From Chrysomallon squamiferum (Eukaryota; Animalia; Mollusca): a stretch of DNA of 64,000 nt. Under the pieces are notes generated by a model. The model had not been told where the DNA came from and searched no databases. It saw only the letters and a list, made by a program, of their open reading frames with translations. The stretch's first letter is position 1; the number at the start of each line of letters is the position of its first letter. The DNA is taken from the NCBI GenBank assembly GCA_012295275.1, contig CM022679.1, positions 3,472,001 to 3,536,000 on the forward strand, read 5' to 3'. Position numbers and translations under genes: made by a program. Below are positions 24,594 through 58,575 of this stretch, in pieces.

Positions 24594-25791
24594 TGTTTAC
24601 GTGTGTTTGTTCGTACGTTTATGTAAGAATAATACATGATTTTTTTCTCTGTCACATAATATTTTTAAAATAATTTAACAACAACAACAACAACAACAAC
24701 AACACTATAGACAGATACATGCGTTCTTACTTTTGATAATTTCTAAAACACAAACACACACACACACACACACACGTATTGGTTTATTAATTTTTTCAGG
24801 AAGGTTAACTTTAATATTTTTCATCGGATGACACATTTGTATGCAGCAAATATATCGTTTTGTTGAAATGTTCATATTTTTAAGATTAAGTAAACCATAA
24901 AATAAAATCAAGTTTTTGTAAAAGTTGATAAAACACTTTGGCTTTAAAACACTTTGGCTTCAGCTTCATCAAGAAGTTGTCGATGCTTTAAATTACGACT
25001 GTCATAGCTGGCGATGTAATGTAAAGTCAGCTATTTTGTTCTGAAAAATCGGGGTTATTTTTTGTTATTATTATTATTTTTTAATTTAGGAGTAAAGTGA
25101 AGAAATAAAATAAAAAGTTAAATAAAACTGTTATTTGTGCATGCTGCGTTTACACGAAAGTGACTTTTATTATAAGAAAATAATATAATCATTGGCTACA
25201 AAAAAAGTCGAATTTATATAACTACACTGAATACTGATATTTGTAACATTTGATTCGAATTATGTCATATATATGTAACATTTTCTTTGAAGATTTTTTC
25301 TTTCTAGATTTGTTTATTTTCTTATTAGCGATACTGTCATAATGATATAGTGCAACTGGTTCAACAACAACAACAACAAACCCTCGAAAAATTAAGATAT
25401 AATGAAATACCGTTATCCAACAAATCTTTCAGGATATTTTACAGTCTGTTAATATATAAACATACACACATAAAAGCACACTGACACAGATATATAGATA
25501 TAGATATATTGATATATATATATATAGCGATTTAAATATTTATTATAAGCATAAATCATTTATTTGTAGAAATAGCACACATAAATGACATTTTCATACA
25601 CATTAATATTATTTTATTTGCTTTTACACAATAACTATAACAAAATTAAAAAACCCAACAAAAACACCATATTTATATATATGTTTTTATTGTTTATCTG
25701 ATTTTCGAATAAAAAAATAAATAGTAATATAAAAAGTAAAAAGTAAATGATAAAATAAAATAAAATTTGTTTTTTTTAAAAATAAGTAAAA

Positions 25792-26115
25792 AATCAGCAG
25801 CTGTGGTGAGCCCTTGTCTTCTTTCTCACTTAATTGGTGAGCAATTGTCCAGTTAGCATCTGTCCGGTGAGATAGAGCAATTGTCCAGTTAGCATCTGTC
25901 CGGTGAGATAGAGCAATTGTCCAGTTAGCATCTGTCCGGTGAGATAGAGCAATTGTCCAGTTAGCATCTGTCCGGTGAGGTAGAGCAATTGTCCAGTTAG
26001 CATCTGTCCGGTGAGGTAGAGCAATTGTCCAGTTAGCATCTGTCCGGTGAGGTAGAGCAATTGTTCAGTTAGCATCTGTCCGGAGAGGTAGAGCAATTGT
26101 CCAGTTAGCATCTGT
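25792..26115. repeat. 36-bp minisatellite (~7.5 units), an expanded subterminal repeat of the MULE-like element
   Basis: Unit CAATTGTCCAGTTAGCATCTGTCCGGTGAG(A/G)TAGAG, the same as at 15840-15932 and 61780-61906. It produces the spurious (MLTGQLLYLTGQ)n ORF. Confidence 0.93.
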
Positions 26116-26594
26116 GACAGTGACAAGTAATATAAATCATAATAAAATTCAATGTAACAAATAATACAAATGATAATAGAATTCAAGGTAACAAGTAATA
26201 GCAAATCATAATGCAATTGTAGCTAACAAGTAACAGCAATTCATAATAGAATTCAAAGTGTGCTGATGTAGCTGAATAACTGTTGACGTAAATCCAAGTT
26301 AAAATCGATGTATATTCATTCATGTGTCGCTTTCTACAGCTTTCTGTTTCTATCTCGATGTCATTTCTGTACGTTCGTACATTTCACTAATAGACAATAA
26401 CTTTTCTAATTCAGTTGCTTCTTCATTTCCACATGAAACAAACATCTCTGGAGATTATATATTTGTCACGAAAATCGTTTAGAGATTCTCAAGTTCGTTA
26501 GGTCATAAAATAGTTGTGTCTTTTCCTTTACTGTCGCTCAAAAACGAAAGATGCACTCTGTTAATTAATCAGTTGGCTATATAATCATAGTCTG

Positions 26595-26641
<47 letters not shown>

Positions 26642-26855
26642 CACATACACACACACACACACACATACATATATACATATATACAAAATTCTCTTCTGAC
26701 TATGTAGATATAGAATTAATCTAGAAATTTCCATCAAGTTATTAATACATATGAAGACCTTAGTGCAAGAACCTGGCAGCCCAAGTTTAGATTTTTTGAT
26801 GTGCTTTATTTTTTTGTTTACTGTTATACATGATAAAGCACTTCAGTGTTATTAT

Positions 26856-26957
26856 AACTCTTTACAAACTCTTGTTCATTCTGACAAAGTATATATCTCG
26901 AGCAGTCATCAGGATAAGGATATTTTACTAGCTTGTTCGAGGTGCATATATCTTTAC
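26856..26957 (-). pseudogene. Truncated CBM14 exon remnant, paralogous to exon 63494-63658
   Basis: Acceptor TACAG| then xKDICTSNKLVKYPYPDDCSRYILCQNEQEFVKS, joined by a deletion to sequence matching 62700-62860. Only 3 of 6 Cys remain. Confidence 0.88.
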
Positions 26958-27431
26958 CTGTATTGAAACGAAAACTGCATGCTTGTATGTATAGATATAT
27001 AAGTGTGTCTTAGTATGTATGTATGTATGTATGAATGTATGTATGCATGCATGTGTATGTGTGTGTGTACATATGTGCAGTATATGTGTGTTTAGATATT
27101 ATGTTTTAATGTATTTTTTAAGGTATTCATCCTTTTATGTGTGCATGTATGGATGCTTGTTTCATGTGCACAATCAGATAATATTCATAATTTTGGTTTT
27201 GACTAAGTTAGTTAATTCAAATGTTAGACGAGAAATAATGATTTAAAAAGTAAATTAGAATAATTGAGAAACGTGTAAAAAATGAAAACGTTTCAGTGAA
27301 TAATGAACTTGCACAAGGGACTGAGCTTTTCAGTGTAATGTTTTCTTATAACTAATAAGAATGGGACATCAAAGGAGCACTAACTAATTTTCAGACTGAA
27401 TTAATAGTTTAGAAAAGTATCATATTAAATG

Positions 27432-28214
27432 GGTGTACGGACTATTTATTGCTCACTGGCTAATTTCTCACCAATAAAGTGATAAATAGGACAACTGATC
27501 ACCACAGCTGCAGATTTGATTTTATCAATAAACCTTTATTTTGTGTTAGGGTATGTATGTACAAATGGTTTGGGTGACAGTGGGAATCTCTGAGAAATAA
27601 GAAAAATAAATATAAAATACGATAACACAACTAATACTAAAACATCGATATTTTAAACAGGTTCATCTATTCAGCATAGACATGTCACACTAGAGTTCTC
27701 AAACATTTTAATTCAGCAAAATCAAATATTGTGGGAGATATTCCGAAGGAAATCTTCTAATTCCCTGTTTCTATCAGCAAAATCCTGACAAAGATTCTGC
27801 AGTCTGCTTTGAACCTGCTGAGTAGATCATTTCACTCTCTTCATATGTGGCTGACCTCTCTGAGTTTGTCACAATGCCAGTCTCACATAGGTATGGTCTA
27901 AATAATCCAGATCTTCAGTATCAAGGACACTGTCACGGAGGAAAGCAATTCACTTGATCCAGAGGTACGAAAAGCTAGACCATCTAATCATCCCAACAAT
28001 CACCTGGACATCACTTTCAAACAACTATAGGAAACTTAAATATTTTAATTAAGTGAACTGTGTAATTAATATAATTTTATAATTCTGCCTTTAAAAATTA
28101 TATTTAATGTTCTTTTTGTCAGCCAAAGATTCAGTTATTTTGTATTAATAAAATAATAAATAAAATGTTATTAATACCCTGTCCATTTCTCACTTTATTG
28201 GTGAGCAATTGCCC
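27432..28214 (-). mobile_element. MULE-like relic, second copy
   Basis: Same ends as 16551-17207. (-) reads VRLAL*QTQRGQPHMKRVK*STQQVQSRLQNLCQDFADRNRELEDFLRNISHNI*, with TGA stops at plausible former CGA codons. Confidence 0.6.
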
Positions 28215-28611
28215 TACATTATATTAAATATATCAAGCCTCTTTTGTTATGAAAAAAATAGAGAGGACCTTTGGCAAAAGAATACAACTGGGACTCAATG
28301 TAAATATTGATATATACATATTTTGTAAAGGAGGACACAAATACAGTTCTAAAGAATCTAACTCTATGCAAACTGGATAAAAACTGACGCCTTTAAGGAA
28401 GATTTAATATTCACTTTTGCAAAGGCAAAGAATGGACAAAAATAGCTAAATGGATTCAGCAAATTCACCATAAAAAGACTTTAGCAACAATGCCATAAAA
28501 CTAAAAGAAGTCTGTGTAAAGTTTCATCAAGAATGATATAGAATGTATCAGATTCCACAACGTTTGTTTTTTGTTTTACTTTGTTTAAAGAGCAGTGGAT
28601 CTTTTTTTTTC

Positions 28612-28648
<37 letters not shown>

Positions 28649-29012
28649 TTGAGTAGTACAAAAACACAACAAATACCAACATCTATAACACAAAGATGCA
28701 CAGATTCATGATCTCACAAAATATATGTCTAAAAAAATCTATCTTTATGCAAATTGGATAAAAATTGACGTCTTTAAGGAAGTTTTAATATTCACTTTTA
28801 AAAAGGCAAAGAATGAGAAAAAGGCAGCTGAAATTAACTAACTGGAGGCAGTAAATTCACCACAAAAAGTCTTTAGCAACTATGCCATAACACTTTAAAA
28901 TAAAGAAAAGTAAAAATAAAAACAAAAAATCTGGGTAGAATTTCAGCAAGAATGAATTAGAATCTACACAGCATTTGTTTTTTGTTTTTCTTTGTTTAAA
29001 GAGCGATGAATC

Positions 29013-29043
<31 letters not shown>

Positions 29044-29249
29044 TTTTTTTTTTTGAAAACTACAAAAACACAACGAATACCAACATCTATAACACAAAGT
29101 AGCACAGATTCATGATCTCACAAAAATATTACATAGTACAAATTAAACAAAAAGTTAATCATGTACTGATTTTTAATAATCCTTTAAGGTTGTACTTAAT
29201 ACTAAATAACAGACAAAAGTATAAGAATGTCACATCATTTTAATTTGAT

Positions 29250-35250
<6,001 letters not shown>

Positions 35251-35722
35251 CTGAAATGACAAGAACGAGAACAGCTATAACAGCAATAATAATAATATAA
35301 AAGTAACACATACAGTGATAAATAATAATAATACTACTACAGCTAATATTAGTAATAATAATAATAAACAGACGAATAATTAAAACGAATGAGTGTACGT
35401 CTGTGTGTATGGATGTATGTGTGTGTATATATATATAGATATAGATATAGAATATATGTATGTGTGTATATATGCATCTATGTACACATTTTATTCATAT
35501 GACTATTATTATTGTGCTTTTTCTGAATAAAATGGTATAATTAATCATATTTTAGAATGCAGATAGTGTAATAAACAGATTTGTAATGAAGAAAAAATAT
35601 TTATTTAACTGACTTTATAGATACTCGTGTATATATATACATTTTTCGAAGCTTTTCTCTTAACAAAATGTCGGAAATACACCAAAGAAAGCATCAAAAC
35701 GTATCACCAATATGAATATTAT

Positions 35723-35990
35723 CTTACCTTGACAATTAAAGAAAAAAAAAGAAATTCAAATTTGTTTTTCTGCCAGAGGATAACTCCAGGGTGTTTTATA
35801 GCGTATGAATTTAGGGCGAGGTGTGTTTGAGGCAGCTGAAACGTCCAATAGAACCTGCAGAAAACCTGTCCCATTGATTTCTGATTGGTTTGGTTATGTA
35901 TACGTTTGTATACAGATGTAGAAAATTCTGATTAAAGGAAATTCCTTCGATTGATTTCATTCAGATAAGACCTGTCAAATCCAGCTGGAT
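35723..35990 (-). promoter_or_regulatory. Promoter and non-coding exon 1 of copy B
   Basis: Donor at 35723-35727, TATAAAA at 35794-35800, CCAAT at ~35884-35888, CCTGTCAAATCCAGCTGGA block at ~35971-35989. Confidence 0.75.
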
Positions 35991-36161
35991 GTTTACGTGT
36001 GTTTGTTCGTATGTGTATGTATTAATAATACATGATTTTTTTCTCTCTCACATAATATTTTTTTTTTTTTTTTTTTTTTAAAACAACAACAACACTACAG
36101 AGAGATACATTTTTCAATAAAGTCCTAAAACAACCGATATAGATTTTTGATAATTTCTAAA

Positions 36162-36215
<54 letters not shown>

Positions 36216-36529
36216 ATTGGTTTATTAATTTCTTCGGGAAGGTTAGCTAATATTTTTCATCGGATGACACATTTCTATGCAGCAAATTTATCGTTTTGTT
36301 GAATTGTTCATATTTTTATGATTAAGTAAACCATAAAATGAAATCAAGTTTTTGTAAAAGTTGAGGAATGCCCCTCCAAAGATGCAGTGGCTGTAAATGG
36401 GTATGGTTTTTCATACTGAGATGAATGTCTTGAACTGAATTTAGAATGAAGTCAAAACAAAGTGAAAACAATATTTTAAAATATTTGTATTACCAAAAAC
36501 AAATGGATAACAGACACTTGGGAATCTTT

Positions 36530-37310
36530 GTGTTATAGATATAAAGTATTTTACACTTCAGGTATTTCAAGCATTTTCTAAAAACTGTATCGAAACATCG
36601 AACATAAAAAGAAAATATCATCATCTCTGTCAATTAGCATCTTCAACAATTAGGGAAAACATTTCTGTAATAAATCTGTGAATGAAAAATACACGTAGTT
36701 CGCAGATTAGTTGAGTGAACACTGAAAAGACTGAAGTAATGTATGTGCAATACAAAACAACACTTCTGGCAGCTTTTTCATCACTTCTTCGTTTGCGCGT
36801 TTCCAATGAAATATTCTTCTTCGTCTTGTTTGATTTCTTCGGGAATTCCAGGAAAAATGCAGTCACTGGGGATTCACTGTCGATGCTCCTGTTCCAGTAC
36901 AACGAGGCAGGGTTTTGAGGGAGGTAACAGGAGAATTGTCAGAAACATTCTGATACTGTGCTGGTTTGGATATATTCGTTTGCTTGATGAAAAATGTATA
37001 GGTGGCAATTATTATTATTATTTATTATCAAATCCTATGGTGTTAGATCGTTTTTTTTTTTTTTCCAAAGGCATTGTACTCATTGTGGTGGCTGTTGTTG
37101 TCGTTGGCTAGGCAGTGTACATTGAAAGTCTTGTCGATGTTGGTCATGTTTTGCAGCTCTAAATATTGTAGATAAGATGATAGATATTGATATTCAGATT
37201 CAGTTGCAACTCCTATTAATTTTCTCTCATCATCACTGTAAAACACTTTGGTTTCAGCTTCATCAAGAAGATGATTTAAATTACGAATACCATAGCTGGC
37301 GATGTAATGT
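36530..37310 (-). pseudogene. Decayed coding-like (possible GPCR) block, copy 2 of 3
   Basis: Near-identical to 14090-14850, followed by a partial local duplication (~37560-37960). Confidence 0.3.
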
Positions 37311-38246
37311 AAAGTCAGCTATTTTGTTCCGAAAAATGTGGGTTATTTTTTTTATTATTTTAATTATTTAATATAAGAGTAAACTCCAGAAAAGAAATAA
37401 AATAGTTAAATAAGAATTCTATTTTTGCATACTGCGTTTACATGAAAGTGACTTTTATTATAGGAAAATAATATAATCAGCTGCTACAAAAAAAAAAAAA
37501 AAAAAAAAAAAATGTATATGGTGTTAATCTTTATTTTTATTCCAAATCATATTGTTAGATCTTTTTTTTCTTCTCCAAATGCATTGTACTCATTGTGGTG
37601 CCTGTGGTAGTCATTGGTAGGCAGTGTACATTGAAAGTCTTGTCGATGTTGGTCCTGTTTTGCAGCACTAAATATTGTTGATTAAGATAATAGATATTGA
37701 TATTCAGATTCAGATGCAGTTCCTCTTATTTCTCTCTCATCATCGCTGTAAAAACATATCATAGCTGGCGATGTAATGTAAAGTGAGCTACTTTGTTCTG
37801 AAAAATGTCGGTTATTTTTGTTATTATTATTTTTTAATATAAGTGTAAAGTCAAGAAATAAAATAAAAATAGTTCAATGAAAATGTTATTTGTGCATGCT
37901 GCGTTTACACGAATGTGACTTATAGTATAAGAAAATAATATAATCATCTGCTACAAAAAAAAAAAAAAAAAAGGAAAATAATTGAAAATAGAAGAAATAA
38001 ATAAACAAATAAAAAACAGAAAAACAGAATAATAAAAACGCTTTTTTCTGAATATGTACCTTGCACGTCGAATGATTCGCTTCAGTTATTTTTACCATAT
38101 CTTAGTACATCGGATTCAAAAAGTCGAATTTATATAACTAAACTGAATACTAATATTTGTAACATTTGATTCGAATAGGTCATGTATATTAATTAACATT
38201 TTCTTTGAAATTGTTTTTACTTTGTAGATTTCTTTATTTTCTTAAT

Positions 38247-38428
38247 AGCGATACTGCCATAATGATATAGTCCAGCTGGTTCAACAACAACAACAAAAAA
38301 CCCAAAAGAAATTAAGATATAATGAAATACCTTTATCCAACAAATCTTTCAGGATATTTTACAGTCTGTTAATATATACAGATACACATATAAAAGTACA
38401 CTGACAGAGATATATAGATATAGATATA

Positions 38429-38494
<66 letters not shown>

Positions 38495-38831
38495 TTTAAA
38501 TATTTATTATAAACATAAATCAGTTATATGCAGAAATAGGACACATAAATGACATTTTCAAACCCATTAATATTTTTTTTATTTCCTTTTACACAATAAC
38601 TTTTAAAAAATTAAAATCCCAACAAAAACACCCCCACATCTATCTATATAGCGATACTGCCATAATGATATAGTCCAGCTGGTTCAACAACAACAACAAA
38701 AAAACCAAAAGAAATTAAGATATAATGAAATACCTTTATCCAACAAATCTTTCAGGATATTTTACAGTCTGTTAATATATACAGATACACACATAAAAGT
38801 ACACTGACAGAGATATATAGATATAGATATA

Positions 38832-38883
<52 letters not shown>

Positions 38884-39040
38884 TTTAAATATTTATTATA
38901 AACATAAATCAGTTATATGCAGAAATAGGACACATAAATGACATTTTCAAACCCATTAATATTTTTTTTATTTCCTTTTACACAATAACTTTAAAAAAAT
39001 TAAAATCCCAACAAAAACACCCCCACATCTATCTATATAT
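38247..39040. repeat. ~400 bp near-perfect direct tandem duplication
   Basis: TAGCGATACTGCCATAATGATATAGTCCAGCTGG starts at ~38246 and again at ~38649. Single copy in the other array units. Confidence 0.93.
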
Positions 39041-39936
39041 AGAGATATATATGTATGTTTTTTTTATTGTTTATCTGATTTGCATATATAAAAAAAATGA
39101 ATAATAATATAAAAAGTAAAAAGTAAATGATAATATAAAATTTTAATAAATAATAATAATCAAATTAAATAAAGTAAACTAAAAATAATAGCTAAAGGTT
39201 AAAAAAGGTACTAATGTATTATTAATCAGTTTTGAAGAAATGTCGAGTAATCATAATTTTTAGTTTCTCAATATGTTTCTAATAGTGTGGTCATAAAATA
39301 TTATTACACAATACCTGTTACAGACTATTGGTTTCTATCTGCATTGATCACATAATATATTAGTGTATTATATCTCTAGCATTATAAAAAAAATGTTTCA
39401 TGTGTGGTTATTGCAGTTTTATAATTTAAGTTTTTGCACACATTTACAGACACCCACCCAAACATGCACACTCTCTCAAACACACACTTAACTTTCCTTG
39501 TAGTGAGATGATTCCAGATGTTAACGTCAATTCATTAAAAACTTGCTATTGAGTATAAAGAAAAGTTTCGAAATGTTTTACGAATCATTGCTGTAAAAGG
39601 AATGGAAATGGTTTGAAATGTTTTCACAGAAAGGGGTTTTGCTTTGGAGGAATGGGTGAAACATTTTATTATAGATATTGAGAAAGGATACTTTCTAACT
39701 AGTTTTTGATATACTTTCAAATAGATCTATAAAAGCATTTTGTTTGCGTACAATCTCGCAAAGCTTCTGTTTATAACTACAAAATGTTTCATGTACGTGA
39801 ATAAATGTTTTTTAAAACATAACGGCAAAATACACATATAGCCAAAAACCGGTACAAGCTAATTAGCTTTGAAACTAAATGGACCAAAGAAGTCTGTAGA
39901 ATGAATCACAATGGACAATGTTAAACCAGCACGAGT

Positions 39937-40019
39937 CCACGGCTTGTCAAGATCATTTATTCCATTTATTATTTATTAAAGACACAAAGCTTGGAATAAA
40001 TGATCTTGACAAGCCGTGG
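39937..40019. repeat. Perfect 28-bp inverted repeat with a 27-nt loop
   Basis: CCACGGCTTGTCAAGATCATTTATTCCA (39937-39964) and TGGAATAAATGATCTTGACAAGCCGTGG (39992-40019). Confidence 0.97.
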
Positions 40020-40382
40020 TATATATGTGCAGTATATGTGTGTTTAGGTATTATGTTTTAATGTATTTGTTAATGTATTCATCCTTGTATGTGTGCATGT
40101 ATGGATGCTTGTTTCATGTGCACAATCAGATAATATTCATAATTTTGGTTTTGACTAAGTTAGTTAATGCAAATGTTAGCCGAGAAATAATGATTTAAAA
40201 AGTAAATTAGAATAATTGAGAAACGTGTAAAAAATGAAAACGTTTCAGTGAATAATGAACTTGCACAAGGGACTGAAATTTTCAGTGTAATGTTTTCTTA
40301 TAACTAATAAGAATGGGACATCAAAGGAGCACTAACTAATTTTCAGACTGAATTAACAGTTTAAAAAGTATCATATTAAATG

Positions 40383-40732
40383 GGTGTACGGACTATTTAT
40401 TGCTCACTGGATAATTTCTCACCAGCAAAGTGATAAATAGGACAATTGATCACCACAGCTGCAGATTTGATTTTATCAATAAACCTTTATTTTGTGTTAG
40501 GGTATGTATGTACAAATGGTTTGGGTGACAGTGGGAATCTCTGAGAAATAAGAAAAGTAAATATAAAATACGATAACACAACTAATACTAAAACATCGAT
40601 ATTTTAAACAGGTTCATCTATTCAGCATAGACATGTCACACTAGAGTTCTCGAACATTTTAATTCAGCAAAATCAAATATTGTGGGAGATGTTCCAAAGG
40701 AAATCTTCTAATTCCCTGTTTCTATCAGGAAA
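40383..40732 (-). mobile_element. MULE-like relic, third copy, truncated by deletion
   Basis: GGTGTACGGAC left end, collinear with 27432-27780, then jumps to the chitinase 3' flank block. Confidence 0.55.
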
Positions 40733-41266
40733 ATTGACATATGCATATTTCGTAAAGGAGGACACAAATACATTTTTAAAAAAATCTAACTTTATGATAA
40801 TTGGATAAAAACCGACGCCTTTAAGGAAGTTTTAATATTAACTTTTGCAAAGGCAAACCATTGAGAAAAAGGCAGCTGAAATTAGCTAACTGGAGGCAGT
40901 ACATTCACCATAAAAAGACTGGGTAGATTTTCAGTAGAGAGTGAATTAGAATTTATCAGTTTCCACAACATTTATTTTTTGTTCTTCTTTGTTCAAAGAA
41001 CGGTAGATCTTGTTTTCTATTATATTATTATTGTTATTATTATAATTATGATTATTTTTTTTTTTTTTTTTTGAGAAGTACAAAAACACAACAAATACCA
41101 AAATCTATAACACAAAGATGCACAGATTCATGATCTCACAAAAAATTACATAGTACAAATTAAACAAAAGGTTAATCATGTACTGATTTTTAATAATCCT
41201 TGAAGGTTGTACTTAATACTAAATAACAGTGAATAGTCTTAGAGCGTCACCTCATTTTAATTTGAT

Positions 41267-47825
<6,559 letters not shown>

Positions 47826-48213
47826 CTGAAATGACAACAACGACAACAACTATAGCAGCAATAATAATAATATAAAAGTAACACATACAGTGATACTAAT
47901 ACTAATACTACTACAACTAATATTAGTAATAATAATAAGAAACAGACGAATAATTAAAACGAATCAGTGTATGTGTGTGTGTGTATGGATGTATGTGTGT
48001 ATATATATATTTTTTTTCTGAATATAATGGTATAATTAATCATATTTCAGAGCGCAGATAATGTAATAAACAGATTTGTAATGAAGAAAAAATATATATT
48101 TAACTGACTTTATATATACTAGTGCATATATATACATTTTCCGAAGCTTTTAACAAAATGATGGAAATACACCAAAGAAATCAATAACACGTATCACCAA
48201 TATGAAAAAATAT

Positions 48214-48503
48214 CTTACCTTGACAAATAAAAAAAAAACCCAGGATATTCAAAATTGTTTCTCTTCCAGCGGATAACTCCAGGGTGTTTTATAGCGTATG
48301 AATTTAGGGCGAGGTTTGTCTTAGGCAGTTTAAACGTCCAATAGAACCTGCAGAAAACGTGTCCTCTTGATTTCTGATTGGCTGCACAGATAATAGTTAT
48401 TCTAAAGTTATGAAAACGTTTGTGTAGACACGTAGAAAATTCTGATTAATGGAAATACTTTCGACTGATTTCATTCAGATAAAACCTGTCAAATCCAGGT
48501 GGA
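48214..48503 (-). promoter_or_regulatory. Promoter and non-coding exon 1 of copy C
   Basis: Donor at 48214-48218, TATAAAA at 48287-48293, CCAAT at 48377-48381, ATAAAACCTGTCAAATCCAGGTGGA at 48479-48503. Confidence 0.75.
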
Positions 48504-48676
48504 GGTGTACGTGCGTTTGTTCGTAAGTGTATGAATGAATAATACATGATTTTTTTCTCTCTCACATAATATTTAAATTTTTTTTTTTAAAAGAACAAGA
48601 ACACTACAGACAGATACATGCGTTCTTATTTTCAATAAAGTCCTAAAACAACCGATATAGATTTTTGATAATTTCT

Positions 48677-48707
<31 letters not shown>

Positions 48708-49019
48708 GTATTAATTTATTAATTTCTTCGGGAAGGTTAGCTAATATTTTTCATCGGATGACACATTTGTATGCAGCAAATTTATCGTTTTGTTGAATTG
48801 TTCATATTTTTAAGATTAAGTAAACCATAAACTGAAATCAAGTTTTTGTAAAAGTTGAGGAATGCCCCTCCAAAGATGCAGTGGCTGTAAATGGGTATGG
48901 TTTTTCATATTGAGATGAATGTCTTGAACTGAATTGAGAATGAAGTCAAAACAAAGAGAAAACAATATTTTAAAATATTTGTATTACCCAAAACAAATTG
49001 AATAAGAGACACTTGGGAA

Positions 49020-49790
49020 TCTTTGTGTTATAGATATAAAGTATTTTACACTTCAGGTATTTCAAGCATTTTCTAAAAACTGTATCGAAACATCGAACAT
49101 AAAAAGAAAATATCATCATCTCTGTCAATTAGCATCTTTAACAATTAGGGGAAAAAATTCTGTCGTAAATCTGTGAATGAAAAATACACGTAGTTCGCAG
49201 ATTAGTTGAGTGAACACTGAAAAGACTGAAGTAATGTATGTGCAATACAAAACAACACTTCTGGCAGCTTTTTCATCACTTCTTCGTTTGCGCGTTTCCA
49301 ATGAAATATTCTTCTTCGTCTTGTTTGATTTCTTCGGGAATTCCAGGAAATGTGCAGTCACTGGGGATTCACTGTCGATGCTCCTGTTCCAGTACAACGA
49401 GGCAGGGTTTTGAGGGAGGTAACAGGAGAATTGTCAGAAACATTCTGATACTGTGCTGGTTTGGATATATTCGTTTGCTTGATGAAAAATGTATAGGTGG
49501 CAATTATTATTATTATTTATTATCAAATCCTATGGTGTTCGTTTTTGTTTCCAAAGGCATTTGTACTCATTGTGGTGCCTGTGGTAGTCATTGGTAGGCA
49601 GTGTACATTGAAAGTCTTGTCGATGTTGGTCCTGTTTTGCAGCTCTAAATATTGTAGATTAAGAAGATATATATGTATATTCAGATTCAGTTGCAGCTCC
49701 TATTATTTTTGTCTTATCTTCGCTGTAAAACACTTTGGTTTCAGCTTCATCAAGAAGATGATTTAAATTACGAATATCATAGTTGGCGAT
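49020..49790 (-). pseudogene. Decayed coding-like (possible GPCR) block, copy 3 of 3
   Basis: Near-identical to 14090-14850. Confidence 0.3.
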
Positions 49791-51245
49791 ATAATGTAAA
49801 GTCAGCTATTTTGTTATGATAAATGTCGGTTATTTTTGTTATTATTATTTTTTAATATAAGTGTAAAGTCAAGAAATAAAATAAAAATAGTTAAATGAAA
49901 ATGTTATTTGTTCATGCTGCGTTTACACGAATGTGACTTATAGTATAAGAAAATAATAGAATCATCTGCTACAAAAGAACAAAAAGGAAAAAAATAGAAA
50001 ATAGAAGAAATAAATAAACAAATAAAAAATACAAAAACAGAATAATAAAAACGCTTTTTTCTGAATATGTACCCTGCACGTTGGATGATTCGCTTCAATT
50101 ATTTTTACCATATCTTAGTACATCGGACTCAAAAGTCGAATAATTAAACTGAATACTTAACATTTGATTCAGGTCATTATATTTTAACATTTTCTTTGAA
50201 ATTGTTTTTACTTTGTAGATTTCTTTATTTTCTTAATAGCGATACTGCCATAATGATATAGTCCAGCTGGTTCAACAACAACAACAAAAAACCCAAAAAG
50301 AAATTAAGATATAATGAAATCGCGTTATCCAACAAATCTTTCAGCATATTTTACAGTCTGTTAATATATACAGATACACACATAAAAGTACACTGACAGA
50401 GATATATAGATATAGATATACTGATATATATATATTTATAGTTATTTTAATATTTATTATAAACATAAATGATTTATATGCAGAAATAGCACACATAAAT
50501 GACATTTTCATACATATTAATATTTTTTATTTCCTTTTACACAATAACTTTAAAAAAATTAAAATCCGAAGAAAAACACCCCGACATCTATCTATATATA
50601 GAGATATATATGTATGTTTTTTTTATTGTTTATCTGATTTGCATATAAAAAAATGAATAATAATATAAAAAGTAAAAAGTAAATGATAATATAAAATTTA
50701 ATATTTAAAAAAAAAATAATAGCTAAAATTTAAAAAAGGTACTAATGTATTATTAATCAGTTTTGTTCCAACTCTGAAGAAATGTCGAGTAATCATAATT
50801 TTTACACACTCAGTATGTTTCTAATAGTGTGGTCATAGAATATTATTACACAATAACTGTTACAGACTATTGGTTTCTATCTGCATTGATCACATAATAT
50901 ATTAGTGTATCATATCTCTAGCATTATAAATAAAATGTTTCATGTGTGGTTATTGCAGTTTTATGATTTAAGTTTTTGCACACATTTACAGACACCCACC
51001 CACACATGCACACTCTCTCAAACACACACTTAACTTTCCTTGTAGTGAGATGATTCCAGATGTAAACGTCAATTCATTAAATACTTGCTATTGGTCACGT
51101 GTACAAAGCAATAAATATATTTGGATGTTCGTGTGTACGGTTGCGTGTGTATTTATTTAGTATCTTTGTGTGCTGTATGTATGTATGTATGTATGTATTT
51201 ATGAATTTATGAATGTGTATGTGTGTATGTGTGTATGTGTGTATG

Positions 51246-51292
<47 letters not shown>

Positions 51293-51851
51293 TTGTGTGC
51301 GTATGAAAAAATGTATGTACCTGTTATGTATGTATGTATTCATGTATGTGTGTGTGTATGTTTGTTTGTGTTTAAGGTACAGCCATTTTCTTTACTATTA
51401 CGCCACCTACCTGTCTTTATGCTACCTAAATCCTCCAAAGGAAAGGAAAGGAATTAAGAATTTCATAAAGCTAGCACTGAAAACATTTTGTCATCAACAT
51501 TATATTAGAGATAAGATGACTTTCCTGTAACCAAACATTTTAATCTAACTAAATATATATTGCAAGATCCTTCTGAAATGAACCCAACAGAGCAAACCCA
51601 ACGAAATACGACATTACGCTATGAATTCTTTATATCAGTGATAATCATAAGTTTAGATAATGCGCTATTTAAAATAATAATTATAATCATAATCATAATC
51701 ATAATCATAATCATAATCATAATAATAATAATAATAATAATAGATAAGCAGGATTATTAATGCAAAAATATCATATTTTTTAAATGAAAGTTGCTAAGAA
51801 CAACATAAAACTAATGAACAATAATTTGGAAATATGAACAGGTAATTTTTT

Positions 51852-58396
<6,545 letters not shown>

Positions 58397-58399
58397 CTG

Positions 58400-58575
<176 letters not shown>

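Noticed and set aside
25830-26216. 128-aa (MLTGQLLYLTGQ)n repeat protein, or a CRISPR-like array
   Set aside because: It is a 36-bp head-to-tail minisatellite with no unique spacers, in a eukaryotic context and with variable copy number between paralogous spacers.
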